Positions 9,701 to 17,903 of a DNA stretch of 60,533 nt are shown here, piece after piece. The number at the start of each line of letters is the position of its first letter. The stretch's first letter is position 1. The DNA is from Minisyncoccota bacterium (GTDB lineage Bacteria > Patescibacteriota > Minisyncoccia > UBA6257), in contig JBAZEI010000001.1 in NCBI GenBank assembly GCA_041654015.1, forward strand, positions 1-60,533, given 5' to 3'. A program made the translations under genes and the position numbers. Below the pieces are notes generated by a model that did not search any database, was not told the DNA's origin, and worked only from the letters and a program-made list of their open reading frames with translations.

Positions 9701-10987
9701 AGAAAAAGAAGTCAGGTGCTTTATATTCAACATAACAAATCGCATCTAAGAGCTGATGAGATTTTGAGTAATCCTTTGATTTTTGAAAAAATGCCAGGAT
9801 TTCTAGCAAAATCGACTTATTTGGTACCAGGGTTATATAAATCTCGAATGGTAGGTTGTGATACTTTAGTAAAATATAAAGCAGATACTTTAGAATCCTT
9901 GAAAATTAAGAACAGCGATTATTACATTACTAGAGTGAAACAAGTGAAAAGAAAGTTTTTGAAAAAGCCTCAGTTTTTTTATGATTTGGAATTGGAAAGG
10001 AACCATTTATTTATTCATTCTCTCGGAGCTATTACTCATAATTGTTGCCGGCTTCGCTTGGATAACAGGGAACTTTATAAACGAGGTGGCGGATTATTTG
10101 GAGCCAATCCTTTAACCGGGAGTATCGGGGTGGTAACAATAAATATGCCTCGTTTGGGATATTTATCAAAAACCAAAAAGGAGTTTTTTGAAAGATTAGC
10201 TCAGGAAATGGAATTGGCAAAAGAAAGCTTGGAGATAAAAAGAAAAATTTTAGAAAGTTGGACAGAAAAAGGGCTTTATCCTTATGCGAAACATTATTTG
10301 AGTAATGTTAAAAAGATGAGGGGGACTTATTGGGGAAATCACTTTTCTACTATTGGTTTGATTGGGGTGAATGAGTGTCTCTTAAATTTTTTGGGGATTG
10401 ATATCGGCAATAAAAAAGGCATTGCTTTTGCTTCTGAAATTCTTGATTTTATGCGGGAGAAACTTATTAGTTATCAAGAAAAAACAGGAAATTTATATAA
10501 TTTAGAAGCAACGCCGGCTGAAGGAACTTCTTACCGGCTTGCTCTTATGGACAAGAAAAAATATCCAGATATTATTACTGCCGGCGAAAAAGAACCTTAT
10601 TATACTAATTCCACCCAATTACCAGTGAATTATACAGATGATTTATTTGAGGCCTTAAAGCTTCAAGATGGGCTTCAAAAAAAATATACAGGTGGCACGG
10701 TGATTCATGCTTTTTTGGGAGAAACAATCTCCGATTCAGAAGCAGTTAAATCCTTGATTAAACTTGTTTTTGAAAAATTCCACCTGCCTTATTTCACTTT
10801 AACGCCGACTTTTTCTGTTTGTCCGACCCATGGTTATCTAACCGGGGAACATTTTATTTGTCCTAAATGCACTATTGAACAGCCTTGCGAGGTTTATTCT
10901 CGAATTGTCGGTTACTTGAGACCAGTTCAGCAGTGGCATCGGGGAAAACAAGAGGAATTTCGTCAGAGAAAAACCTTCAAAATTTGA
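6707..10987 (+). CDS. nrdD: Anaerobic (class III) ribonucleoside-triphosphate reductase interrupted by two inteins
   Basis: ATP-cone N-terminus, RSM/CCRLRLD active-site block, C-terminal Zn ribbon CPTHG..CPKC and glycyl-radical motif YSRIVGYLRPV. 1426 aa in total, 703 aa after removing the two inteins. Confidence 0.9.
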   Translation: MSPRKKFHNHLKEVKKRTGEIVPFEKKKIEEAIFKALTATDEGGKTLARELSNKVIKILNRRFKKEEIPSVEEIQDIVEEVLILENLVETSKAYILYRDQRRKLRESQIVTEESVSLVDEYLGVNDWQVKENSNMAFSLQGLNHYVSAYVAKKYWLRKIYPKEIREAVEAGDFHIHNLDILATYCCGWDLYDLLLQGFGGVFGKIQSKPPKHFGSALGQVVNFFYTLQGEGAGAQAFSNFDTLLAPFIRYDSLNYQDIKQSLQEFLFNCNVPTRVGFQCISEDTEILSPTGWKNYQEVEEGNIITTFNLKTKALENKKVSYVFKRKYHGIMYRLRNRIQDQLISPRHKVVRRKFYSNEYVLEPIEEIMKLKSPFIVPITGENIKSDVKLSDEQIKLMAWIISEGTIERKSKYRSCHRVSIYQSKIKNKKNYKEIVGLLEHFKFKYSEYNTAALGDEVCKLRLNAESSKVIHKWFGSKENIHFIPEVLFNLSKEQSRLFLKTYLKGDGFEESKISITELELLEGLERIIVNSGYGFTVLKRKPTIGKKDIYVLRIIRHQETYIQKIEKVNYKGIIWSVHTQNETVIARRRGKVFITGNTPFENITLDLKVPAHFKDLPVIIGGQPQKETYKDFQKEMDIFNQALCEIYTEGDSSGRVFTFPIPTYNITKDFDWSNPSYDGIWKMTAKYGIPYFSNFINSDLSPEDARSMCLDAKEEILIKDFSGIKRRLIGDVVKEYKQGNFDREGWSKCKGDNDLKALSLNYETGKVEWTNVKNFLRVLDNQMVEIVSEEGKSIRASQKHLVPVLTQGGLVNRFAQDIKEGDYLLTYRKGDILNNNYQRIGDLILNEDLAKFLGYFTADGNYLFENRKNLRTFGYPRGLQFTFNAKTKANLEKIKALIKNIFSLKTKEKKDPRYNSYYLYIYNSQLARKLFQAGFKKYGCLPDILFNSPQAVIEAFLEFHFKGDGYAKRQEIHINDPKLARDLAILYSLIGKSVTYRERKRSQVLYIQHNKSHLRADEILSNPLIFEKMPGFLAKSTYLVPGLYKSRMVGCDTLVKYKADTLESLKIKNSDYYITRVKQVKRKFLKKPQFFYDLELERNHLFIHSLGAITHNCCRLRLDNRELYKRGGGLFGANPLTGSIGVVTINMPRLGYLSKTKKEFFERLAQEMELAKESLEIKRKILESWTEKGLYPYAKHYLSNVKKMRGTYWGNHFSTIGLIGVNECLLNFLGIDIGNKKGIAFASEILDFMREKLISYQEKTGNLYNLEATPAEGTSYRLALMDKKKYPDIITAGEKEPYYTNSTQLPVNYTDDLFEALKLQDGLQKKYTGGTVIHAFLGETISDSEAVKSLIKLVFEKFHLPYFTLTPTFSVCPTHGYLTGEHFICPKCTIEQPCEVYSRIVGYLRPVQQWHRGKQEEFRQRKTFKI
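7541..8497 (+). mobile_element. Intein 1 in NrdD (319 codons) with LAGLIDADG homing-endonuclease domain
   Basis: Starts CISEDTEIL directly after extein ..TRVGFQ. Ends ..VFITGN followed by +1 Thr (TPFENITLD). Internal LAGLIDADG-type motifs LMAWIISEGTI and YLKGDGFEE. Confidence 0.85.
8831..10042 (+). mobile_element. Intein 2 in NrdD (404 codons) with LAGLIDADG homing-endonuclease domain
   Basis: Starts CLDAKEEIL after extein ..DARSM. Ends ..GAITHN followed by +1 Cys of CCRLRLD. Internal motifs LAKFLGYFTADGNY and FHFKGDGYAK. Confidence 0.85.
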
Positions 10988-11000
10988 GAAAAAAATTTAC

Positions 11001-11013
11001 GAGGTCCGACCTC
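11001..11013. repeat. 13-nt GC palindrome GAGGTCCGACCTC (3 dispersed copies)
   Basis: Other copies are 24291..24303 (gaggtcggacctc) and 45520..45532 (gacgtcggacgtc). Two of the three are preceded by AAATTTAC. Confidence 0.7.
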
Positions 11014-11053
11014 AGAAGATAAAATTTCTTCTCTTCAATCCCTTTTTATTATT

Positions 11054-11749
11054 ATGTTTTTTGGTGGTTTAGAAAAAACAACTTTAGTTGATTTTCCGGG
11101 GAAGGTTGCGGCTACGGTTTTTACCTTGGGTTGTAATTTCCGCTGCCCTTATTGTCACAATCCAGAATTGGTTTTGCCGGCCTTAATAAATAAACAGCCA
11201 AAAATTTCAGAAAAAGAAATAATTGATTTTTTAAAAGAACGCCGGGGATTTTTAGAAGGTTTATGTATTACTGGCGGCGAACCGATGATGCAGGCGGATT
11301 TACCAGATTTTATTCAAAAAGTAAAAGATTTGGGCTTTTTGGTGAAATTGGATACCAATGGTTCTTTTCCCGATATTCTTGAAACTTTAATAAATAATAA
11401 ATTAGTTGATTGGATTGCGATGGATATTAAAGCTCCCCCGACAAAATATAATTTTTTTACCCAAGGACAGATAGCAGTGGAAATTATTGAAAAAAGTATT
11501 CAAATTATCAAAGAAAGTAAAATTAATTATGAATTTAGAACAACTTTGGCGCCCGAAATTTTAGAAGAAAAAGATATTCTGGCTATTGCTAACTGGATCA
11601 AACCGGCTAGGCGTTATTATCTTCAGCGCTTTAAGGGCGATAAAGTTTTAGAGGAAAAATTTAAAAATATAGAGCCTTGGCCAGAAGAAAAAATGCAAGC
11701 CGCATTAAAAAAAATAAAACATAATTTTTTAGAATGTGAATTAAGATAA
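11054..11749 (+). CDS. nrdG: Anaerobic RNR activating enzyme (radical SAM)
   Basis: CNFRCPYCHN cluster motif and ITGGEP. Directly downstream of nrdD. Confidence 0.85.
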   Translation: MFFGGLEKTTLVDFPGKVAATVFTLGCNFRCPYCHNPELVLPALINKQPKISEKEIIDFLKERRGFLEGLCITGGEPMMQADLPDFIQKVKDLGFLVKLDTNGSFPDILETLINNKLVDWIAMDIKAPPTKYNFFTQGQIAVEIIEKSIQIIKESKINYEFRTTLAPEILEEKDILAIANWIKPARRYYLQRFKGDKVLEEKFKNIEPWPEEKMQAALKKIKHNFLECELR

Positions 11750-11770
11750 AAGCTTTAAGCTGATTAATTT

Positions 11771-13198
11771 ATGGCGCTCTCTCCTTCCAGAGTTTTCCGT
11801 CAATGTGGGGCGTCTTTTTTAATAGCCGTAATTTTATCGCATTATTTCTCTTTCTCTTTTGTCTTGAGTTTGATTATTTATTCGGTAATTTATATTTTAT
11901 TTTATGGTCGGCAACTATCTTCTTTGTTGCGAAAAGAGCGGTCTATTATTTTGTTTTTGATCCTGTTGAGTTTTTCTTTAGGGCAATTTCGTTACTTCTC
12001 TTTTGTAGATGAGTTAAATAAATCAGCTGTTAAAGAAGAAAAACAAGTGGAGATAGAAGCTTCTACTGTAAGGGAGCCGATTTTAAAAACCAATTATCAA
12101 AGAATAATAATTCCCAATATAGTTATTTATACTGAAAGGTTTCCGGTTTATCAATACGGAGATACATTAAAAATTAAAGGGAAAATAGAACCATTAAAAG
12201 GATTTCGCTTTTATAATTCCACCATTGTTTCTGGCAAAATGAGTTATCCAAAAATAGAGTTAATTTCTTCTTCTAAATTTTCCTTTCAGAAAGCCGCCAT
12301 TTCTTTTAAAAACAAGACAACTCATTTGCTTCAAAAAATTATTCCTGAACCCCAGATGAGCCTCTTAAACAGTATCATGTTTGGCGGCAAGCATAATTTG
12401 ACAGATTCTTTGGAAAAAGAGATCCGAAAGTCGGGATTGTCCCATATTATTGTTGTTTCAGGTTTGCATTTATCCATTATTACTCAAATGCTTTCCAGCC
12501 TCTTGGCTGTTTTTTGCTTGGGGAATTTATTCAATTTTATTTTTTCCGGTTTATTTTTGTTAGTATTTTCCTTTATGGTTGGTTTTACTCCCTCAATTAC
12601 TCGGTCGGCAATAATGGCTTTTTTGCTGGTTTTATCCCGTTTTAATTTCCGCCTTTATAATTCTCTTAACGCTTTATTTCTCGCAGCGCTAATAATGGTT
12701 TGGTTTAATCCATTAATGCTCTTTTTAGATTTAGGTTTTCAACTTTCTTTTTTGGCGACAGCGGGCATATTATTGTTTTATCCTTTGTGGAGCCAGTCTT
12801 CTTTTTGGCAGAGAGATTTTTTGAATAATCGGGGAGCGCAAATTGTTAAGCAAACAGTGATTTCCTGTTTTTCGGCAATGGTTTTAGTTGTTCCTTGGGT
12901 GATATTTAAAACTCAGAGCATTTCTTTAGTAGCTCCTTTAACCAACATTTTGGTAGTTCCCTTGATTTCTTTAATAATAGGGGGAGGGTTTATTACTGCT
13001 CTTTGCGCGTTTATCATTTATCCTTTAGGATTATTTTTTGGGTTTTGGCTTAATTTGATAATGACTTATTTGTTGAAAGTAATTTCTTATTGCGCTAACT
13101 TACCCTTCGCCGAGATTTATATTTCTTCGAGTCTGCGTTGGCTGGTTGTTCCTTTCTATCTTCTAATTTTTCTTTATTTTCGTAAAAAGAGTCATTAG
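11771..13198 (+). CDS. comEC: ComEC/Rec2 DNA-uptake channel, membrane (competence) domain
   Basis: 475 aa polytopic membrane protein containing GLSHIIVVSGLHLSII. Confidence 0.75.
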   Translation: MALSPSRVFRQCGASFLIAVILSHYFSFSFVLSLIIYSVIYILFYGRQLSSLLRKERSIILFLILLSFSLGQFRYFSFVDELNKSAVKEEKQVEIEASTVREPILKTNYQRIIIPNIVIYTERFPVYQYGDTLKIKGKIEPLKGFRFYNSTIVSGKMSYPKIELISSSKFSFQKAAISFKNKTTHLLQKIIPEPQMSLLNSIMFGGKHNLTDSLEKEIRKSGLSHIIVVSGLHLSIITQMLSSLLAVFCLGNLFNFIFSGLFLLVFSFMVGFTPSITRSAIMAFLLVLSRFNFRLYNSLNALFLAALIMVWFNPLMLFLDLGFQLSFLATAGILLFYPLWSQSSFWQRDFLNNRGAQIVKQTVISCFSAMVLVVPWVIFKTQSISLVAPLTNILVVPLISLIIGGGFITALCAFIIYPLGLFFGFWLNLIMTYLLKVISYCANLPFAEIYISSSLRWLVVPFYLLIFLYFRKKSH

Positions 13199-13203
13199 AC
13201 CAG

Positions 13204-14052
13204 ATGCATCTTATCTCGTTGATTTATATGAAGAAACCTTTTTTATATATCTTATTGTTTCTTGTTTCTGCCAATATTTTTACTTTTTGGATTATTTTTG
13301 ATTATTTTTATCTTGATAAAGGGGAAGTAAGCTTTTTGGATATTGGCCAAGGAGATGCTGAACTCATTCAAACACGATCAGGTAATATTTTGATAGATGC
13401 CGGACCTGATATGAGCATTATTTCTGCTTTAGATTCATCTCTGCCTTTTTTTGACCAGACAATTGATTTATTTATTCTTTCTCATCCTAATAAAGACCAT
13501 TTTAATGGACTGTTTGAAGTCTTAGAGCGATACGAAGTAAGGGCGGTAATGCTTAATAATATATTTTATACTGACTCCCAATATCAAAAACTTCTTCAAA
13601 AATTGGTAAAAAAAGACATTCTAATTATTCAAGGAGTAAGAGGGGTAAAATTAACTTTTAAAGATGATAAGTTATTTGTGATTTATCCAGAGGCAATGGT
13701 TTCTTCAAGAGAAGACCCTAATAAGTTTAGTTTAGTAGTTTCTTTGGATTTGGGAGAAAATTATTTTCTTTTTTTGGGTGATATTAGCGCCAGTCAGGAA
13801 AAAGAAATCTTACCCTTATTGCCGGAAAAAAATAATAAATCAAGGATTTTAAAAGTGGCTCATCATGGTTCTCGTTATTCTTCTTCTTCGGAGTTTTTGG
13901 AAAAATTTAAGCCCCATTTTGCAGTAATTGAGGTTGGCAATAATAGTTATAGCCATCCTCATCTTGATACTCTCAGCCGTTTAACACAGATAGGGGCTGA
14001 AATTTTTCGCACAGATTTAGATGGAACAATTAGGTTTAAAGAGAAAAAGTGA
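13204..14052 (+). CDS. ComEC-type metallo-beta-lactamase domain protein (separate ORF)
   Basis: DIGQGDAELIQ, HPNKDHFNG, VAHHGS. N-terminal TM helix. The start could be the internal Met at 13231. Confidence 0.75.
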   Translation: MHLISLIYMKKPFLYILLFLVSANIFTFWIIFDYFYLDKGEVSFLDIGQGDAELIQTRSGNILIDAGPDMSIISALDSSLPFFDQTIDLFILSHPNKDHFNGLFEVLERYEVRAVMLNNIFYTDSQYQKLLQKLVKKDILIIQGVRGVKLTFKDDKLFVIYPEAMVSSREDPNKFSLVVSLDLGENYFLFLGDISASQEKEILPLLPEKNNKSRILKVAHHGSRYSSSSEFLEKFKPHFAVIEVGNNSYSHPHLDTLSRLTQIGAEIFRTDLDGTIRFKEKK

Positions 14053-14209
14053 ATAAAATAATTTAACAATTTACCCGCCAAAATTTTTCAAGGAAAAACT
14101 TAGGAGGGTTTAGCAATGAAACAATGTATTTACGGTTGCTTTAATGATCGTTTTATTGTAGAATATCATTGTTTAAACTTTTAAACTGACAATTTAGCAA
14201 TTTATATCT

Positions 14210-15631
14210 ATGCGTCTTTGGATAAAAGACACCCCCCAATATCTTAATAAAACAATAACCCTTTATGGTTGGGTTGACTCCCGTCGCGACCATGGAAAGG
14301 TTATTTTTATTGATTTGCGCGACAGAACGTCTAAAGTTCAAGTGGTTTTTTCTCCCGACCGGTTAGAAACATATAAGTTGGCCCAAAAGATTCGTTCAGA
14401 ATGGGTTGTGGAAATTAAGGGTAAGGTTAATTCCCGACCCGAGAATATGCAAAATTTGAAAATATTAACTGGCAAAATAGAAATAGAGGCTGAAGAATTA
14501 AAAATAATTAGTCCGGCTCATCCTCTGCCTTTTGAAATTTCTGATGATACCAAAGCAGTTAATGAAGAAATCCGTTTAGAATATAGATATTTAGATTTGC
14601 GCTCTCAGCGCCTAAAAGAAAATTTGCTTAGCAGGCATAGAATAATAAAATTTATCAGAGATTTTCTTTCAGAGCGTGATTTTATAGAAATAGAAACTCC
14701 TATTTTAACAAAATCCACCCCAGAAGGCGCTCGGGATTATGTGGTGCCCTCCAGATTAGAGCCGGGCAAATTTTATGCTCTTCCTCAGAGTCCTCAGCAA
14801 TACAAACAGCTCTTAATGGTTGCTGGGCTTGAGAGATATTTTCAAATTGCCCGTTGTTTTCGAGATGAAGACACCCGAGGAGATAGGCAGCCTGAATTTA
14901 CTCAGTTAGATTTAGAAATGGATTTTCCCAGCCAAGAAGATATTTTAAAATTAATAGAGGGATTGTTAAAAGAATTAGTGGAAAAAATTTATCCAGAAAA
15001 GAAAATAAAAGAGTTTCCTTTTCCGAGGATTTCCTACCAAGAGGCAATGAAAAACTATAAATCTGACAGGCCTGATTTAAGGGAGGTGAATGCAAAGGGA
15101 GAAAAAGACCCCAATCAATTAGCTTTTGCTTTTGTTATTGATTTTCCTCTTTTTGAGTGGAAAAAAGAGGAAAAGAGGTGGGGAGCGGTTCATCATCCTT
15201 TTACTCGGCCTAAATTGGAACTCGGCGAAACAATTGAAGAAGCGATAAAAAGAATTAAACAAGAACCCTCTCTTCCTTTGGCAAATCAATATGATTGTGT
15301 TTTGAACGGCAATGAAATTGGCGGCGGCTCATTAAGAGTTTCAGAGCCGGAATTATTAAAAGCTGTTTTTGAAATATTAGGGCATCAGCCCAAAGAAATT
15401 ATGGAAAAATTCGGTCATCTTTTAAAAGCGTTTAAATTTGGCGTGCCTCCCCATGGAGGCATTGCCTTGGGTCTAGATAGAATAATAATGCTTTTGCAAA
15501 ATGAGTCGAGCATTCGGGAAGTTATCGCTTTTCCAAAAACCGGGGATGGCAAAGATTTAATGATGGAAGCCCCTTCACCGATAGACGATAAACAGCTTAA
15601 GGAGTTGCATCTTAAAACTTTAAATTCTTAA
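14210..15631 (+). CDS. aspS: Aspartyl-tRNA synthetase, bacterial type but lacking the GAD insertion domain
   Basis: OB-fold N-terminus, motif 2 FRDEDTRGDRQPEFTQLDLEM, motif 3 GGIALGLDRIIM. Only 473 aa. Confidence 0.9.
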   Translation: MRLWIKDTPQYLNKTITLYGWVDSRRDHGKVIFIDLRDRTSKVQVVFSPDRLETYKLAQKIRSEWVVEIKGKVNSRPENMQNLKILTGKIEIEAEELKIISPAHPLPFEISDDTKAVNEEIRLEYRYLDLRSQRLKENLLSRHRIIKFIRDFLSERDFIEIETPILTKSTPEGARDYVVPSRLEPGKFYALPQSPQQYKQLLMVAGLERYFQIARCFRDEDTRGDRQPEFTQLDLEMDFPSQEDILKLIEGLLKELVEKIYPEKKIKEFPFPRISYQEAMKNYKSDRPDLREVNAKGEKDPNQLAFAFVIDFPLFEWKKEEKRWGAVHHPFTRPKLELGETIEEAIKRIKQEPSLPLANQYDCVLNGNEIGGGSLRVSEPELLKAVFEILGHQPKEIMEKFGHLLKAFKFGVPPHGGIALGLDRIIMLLQNESSIREVIAFPKTGDGKDLMMEAPSPIDDKQLKELHLKTLNS

Positions 15632-15638
15632 TTTTTTG

Positions 15639-15647
15639 TGCTATAAT
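15639..15647 (+). promoter_or_regulatory. Extended -10 promoter element TGcTATAAT
   Basis: tgctataat sits 5-7 nt upstream of the GGGUCUUGCC 5' end of the structured region. Confidence 0.5.
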
Positions 15648-15652
15648 CTTTT

Positions 15653-15787
15653 GGGTCTTGCCGGGTTAAGGAACGAGTCAGGACGTGGATTATCTTAAGG
15701 GAGCTTTAGGTCTTTTATTCCGTGGAATAAAAGTGCGAGCACCCACTTGATGATTAGCTGATTCGACCTTAATCGCGGGCAAGGCCC
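15653..15787 (+). ncRNA. Candidate rod-shaped structured RNA or rpmB 5' leader, class unknown
   Basis: GC-richer than its surroundings. Long-range closing helix GGGUCUUGCC-GGG-UUAAGG (15653..15671) / CCUUAA-UCGCGG-GCAAGGCCC (15767..15787). Inner pairings GAGUCAG/CUGAUUC and a 10-bp hairpin CUUUUAUUCC/GGAAUAAAAG. No ORF. Confidence 0.35.
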
Positions 15788-15837
15788 CCTCATTTACATC
15801 GCTAAATTGCTAAATTACTTGCCAAATTAAGAGGATT

Positions 15838-16026
15838 ATGTCAAAAGTTTGCGCTATTTGCGGAAAAACATATCAAAAAGCTACACGTTATAAAAAAATA
15901 CGCTCTGTTTATAATCCTGTTTCCCGCCGTCAGCAAAAACCTAATTTGCAATGGTTTAAAATGCCTGATGGACAAAGAATTTTAGTTTGTTCAGCCTGCC
16001 GCAAGCGTCTTTCAAAAACGGTTTAG
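15838..16026 (+). CDS. rpmB: 50S ribosomal protein L28 (bL28)
   Basis: 62 aa: MSKVCAICGK....NPVSRRQQKPNLQ.. plus a C-terminal CxxC. Confidence 0.85.
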   Translation: MSKVCAICGKTYQKATRYKKIRSVYNPVSRRQQKPNLQWFKMPDGQRILVCSACRKRLSKTV

Positions 16027-16062
16027 GATAATTAATGTTTGGCGTTTACCCGCTAAAAATCT

Positions 16063-16133
16063 CGGGGAATGGTCCAATGGCAGGATATACGCATGGGGTG
16101 CGTGTGGTGGGAGTTCAATTCTCCCTTCCCCGA
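16063..16133 (+). tRNA. tRNA-Pro (anticodon GGG)
   Basis: Hand-folded cloverleaf. Acceptor CGGGGAA/TTCCCCG, D arm GTCC-AATGGCA-GGAT, anticodon arm TACGC-AUGGGGU-GCGTG, T arm GGGAG-TTCAATT-CTCCC. No encoded CCA. Confidence 0.85.
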
Positions 16134-16156
16134 CTAATTAGCTAAAAAATAAAAAT

Positions 16157-17077
16157 ATGAAAAAAACTTATATCATAATAATTCTCATTCTCATCGGGTT
16201 AATTTTAGCCGGCGCTGGATATTATTTTTTGAATAAGGAAAAAGCAGTAGTTTGCACAATGGACGCAAAAGAATGTCCTGATGGTTCTTTTGTAGGCAGG
16301 GTACCGCCTGATTGTGAATTTTCTTTATGCCCCGGAGAAGAACAAGGGATTTTAATTACCTCTCCCACAGAAGAGGACGAGATATTTAGTCCTTGGCGAA
16401 TAATGGGGCGGGCAAAAGGACCTTGGTATTTTGAAGCCCAATTTACAGCCGAACTTTATGATGATAATCAAAATCTTTTAGGGACTGCTGTTTTAACTTC
16501 CAGAGGAGATTGGATGACCGAGGATTTTGTTCCTTTTGAAGGAGAATTAATCTTTACTAAACCAGAAACCTCTTCAGGGATGCTACGATTTTTAAGCGCT
16601 AACCCTTCAGGGTTGCCTCAAAATCAAAAAGTTTTTGAAATGAAAGTTCAATTTACCGAGACAACGCCGACACAAAAAATCCTGCTTTATTATTATAACC
16701 CGGAAAAGGATAAAGATGAGCAAGGTAATATCAAATGCAGCCGCGATGGCTTGGCCGCTATAGAAAGAGAGGTTTCTGTTAATCAGACGTCAATTATAGA
16801 AGTTATCGATCTTCTATTAAAAGGCAAGGAAAATTTAACCGCAGAGGATAAAGAGCAAGGCGTAACAACAGAATATCCTTTAGAGGGTTTTAGTTTAGAA
16901 GAGGCTGTATTAAAAGCAGATGGAACATTGGTTTTAACTTTTAATGACCCTTTAAACAAAACTTCTGGCGGTTCTTGTCGAGCAGGAATTCTCTGGCTCC
17001 AGATAGAAGAAACCGCTAAACAGTTTGAAGATGTCAAAAAAGTTGAGTTTTTGCCTGAAGAATTATTCCAACCATAA
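16157..17077 (+). CDS. Membrane-anchored Gmad2 Ig-like / GerMN domain protein
   Basis: N-terminal TM helix. SPWRIMGRAKGPWYFEAQF..L.D.N...G resembles a Gmad2 domain, and the C-terminal half resembles GerMN. Assigned by recall, not by search. Confidence 0.55.
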   Translation: MKKTYIIIILILIGLILAGAGYYFLNKEKAVVCTMDAKECPDGSFVGRVPPDCEFSLCPGEEQGILITSPTEEDEIFSPWRIMGRAKGPWYFEAQFTAELYDDNQNLLGTAVLTSRGDWMTEDFVPFEGELIFTKPETSSGMLRFLSANPSGLPQNQKVFEMKVQFTETTPTQKILLYYYNPEKDKDEQGNIKCSRDGLAAIEREVSVNQTSIIEVIDLLLKGKENLTAEDKEQGVTTEYPLEGFSLEEAVLKADGTLVLTFNDPLNKTSGGSCRAGILWLQIEETAKQFEDVKKVEFLPEELFQP

Positions 17078-17147
17078 GTTAAAATAATAAAGGTCGCGAG
17101 CTAAAAATAAAAAAATTAATCCGTCAGCCGGCGGAAAAAATAAAAAA

Positions 17148-17369
17148 ATGGATAACAAAACATTAATAGATTTGAGAGAAGATTTAGTTGGGGAATTAGA
17201 TGCTATAAATTTATACCAAATGCATATTGACGAAATTGACGACGAAGAGGTAAAAAAACTATTGTCTCATATTAGAGACGATGAAAAAGAGCATGTTGCT
17301 GAATTAGTAAAAGCAATTAGAAGCCTTGATCCTTCTCAGGAAGAAAAGTTTCAGAAAGAAGGGCTTTAA
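17148..17369 (+). CDS. Small ferritin-like (half-ferritin) protein, tentative
   Basis: 73 aa, acidic, with E-x2-A-x3-Y and E-K-E-H spacing typical of di-iron four-helix-bundle halves. Confidence 0.35.
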   Translation: MDNKTLIDLREDLVGELDAINLYQMHIDEIDDEEVKKLLSHIRDDEKEHVAELVKAIRSLDPSQEEKFQKEGL

Positions 17370-17400
17370 ATTGCTTTTAGATTCTTCTTAATGACTGATA

Positions 17401-17712
17401 ATGACTGATAAAAAAAAGAAGAAAATTAAACAAGGATGGGTTCAAAAAGTAAGTTTAACAAGTAATGCCCTGGATTTAGAAGAAGGTGTTTTTACTTGGC
17501 AAGATCCTAAGAAAATAGCTTGCTCTTTAAAGCAATCGGCTGAACAAAGTTTGAGGCGCAAGGGATCTCCTTTTCAATCGGCAATGTCAATGCTAAATTT
17601 TTATATCAATCGGACTGGCAAAAACCTTAAACCAAGGCAAAAAGAAATTTTAGATCAAGCTAAGGAAGAATTAAGAATAATTTTTAATAGAAAACAAAAA
17701 AAGAAGAAATAA
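17401..17712 (+). CDS. DUF3175-like protein
   Basis: 103 aa. The block SPFQSAMSMLNFYINRTGKNL matches my recollection of the DUF3175 core. Confidence 0.5.
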   Translation: MTDKKKKKIKQGWVQKVSLTSNALDLEEGVFTWQDPKKIACSLKQSAEQSLRRKGSPFQSAMSMLNFYINRTGKNLKPRQKEILDQAKEELRIIFNRKQKKKK

Positions 17713-17903
17713 AATTTAGAAAAATGAAGAGAAGAATTAAAAATAAAAAAGCGATTAATAAAAAACTTTTGCCTTTGCGCCGGCCGCCCCGATTGGAAGG
17801 TGAAGCCCATAAATTTGGAGTGAAACCTGTTAAAAAGGAGCGAAGGAAATAAAATTATTATTTGCTTTTGGCAAGCAAAGGTAAAAATTAATTAATAAAA
17901 AAT

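Noticed and set aside
15653-15787. Identification of the structured RNA as SRP (4.5S) RNA or 6S RNA
   Set aside because: I could not place the SRP domain IV signature (..GGUCAGGUCC-GGAA-GGAAGCAGCC..) on either strand, and I found no 6S-style central bubble. The class is left open.
17724-17852. 42-codon Lys/Arg-rich ORF (MKRRIKNKKAINKKLLPLRRPPRLEGEAHKFGVKPVKKERRK)
   Set aside because: It has no SD, promoter or recognisable family. An A-rich intergenic region readily produces such ORFs. It might be a small ribosomal-type protein, but I cannot support that.
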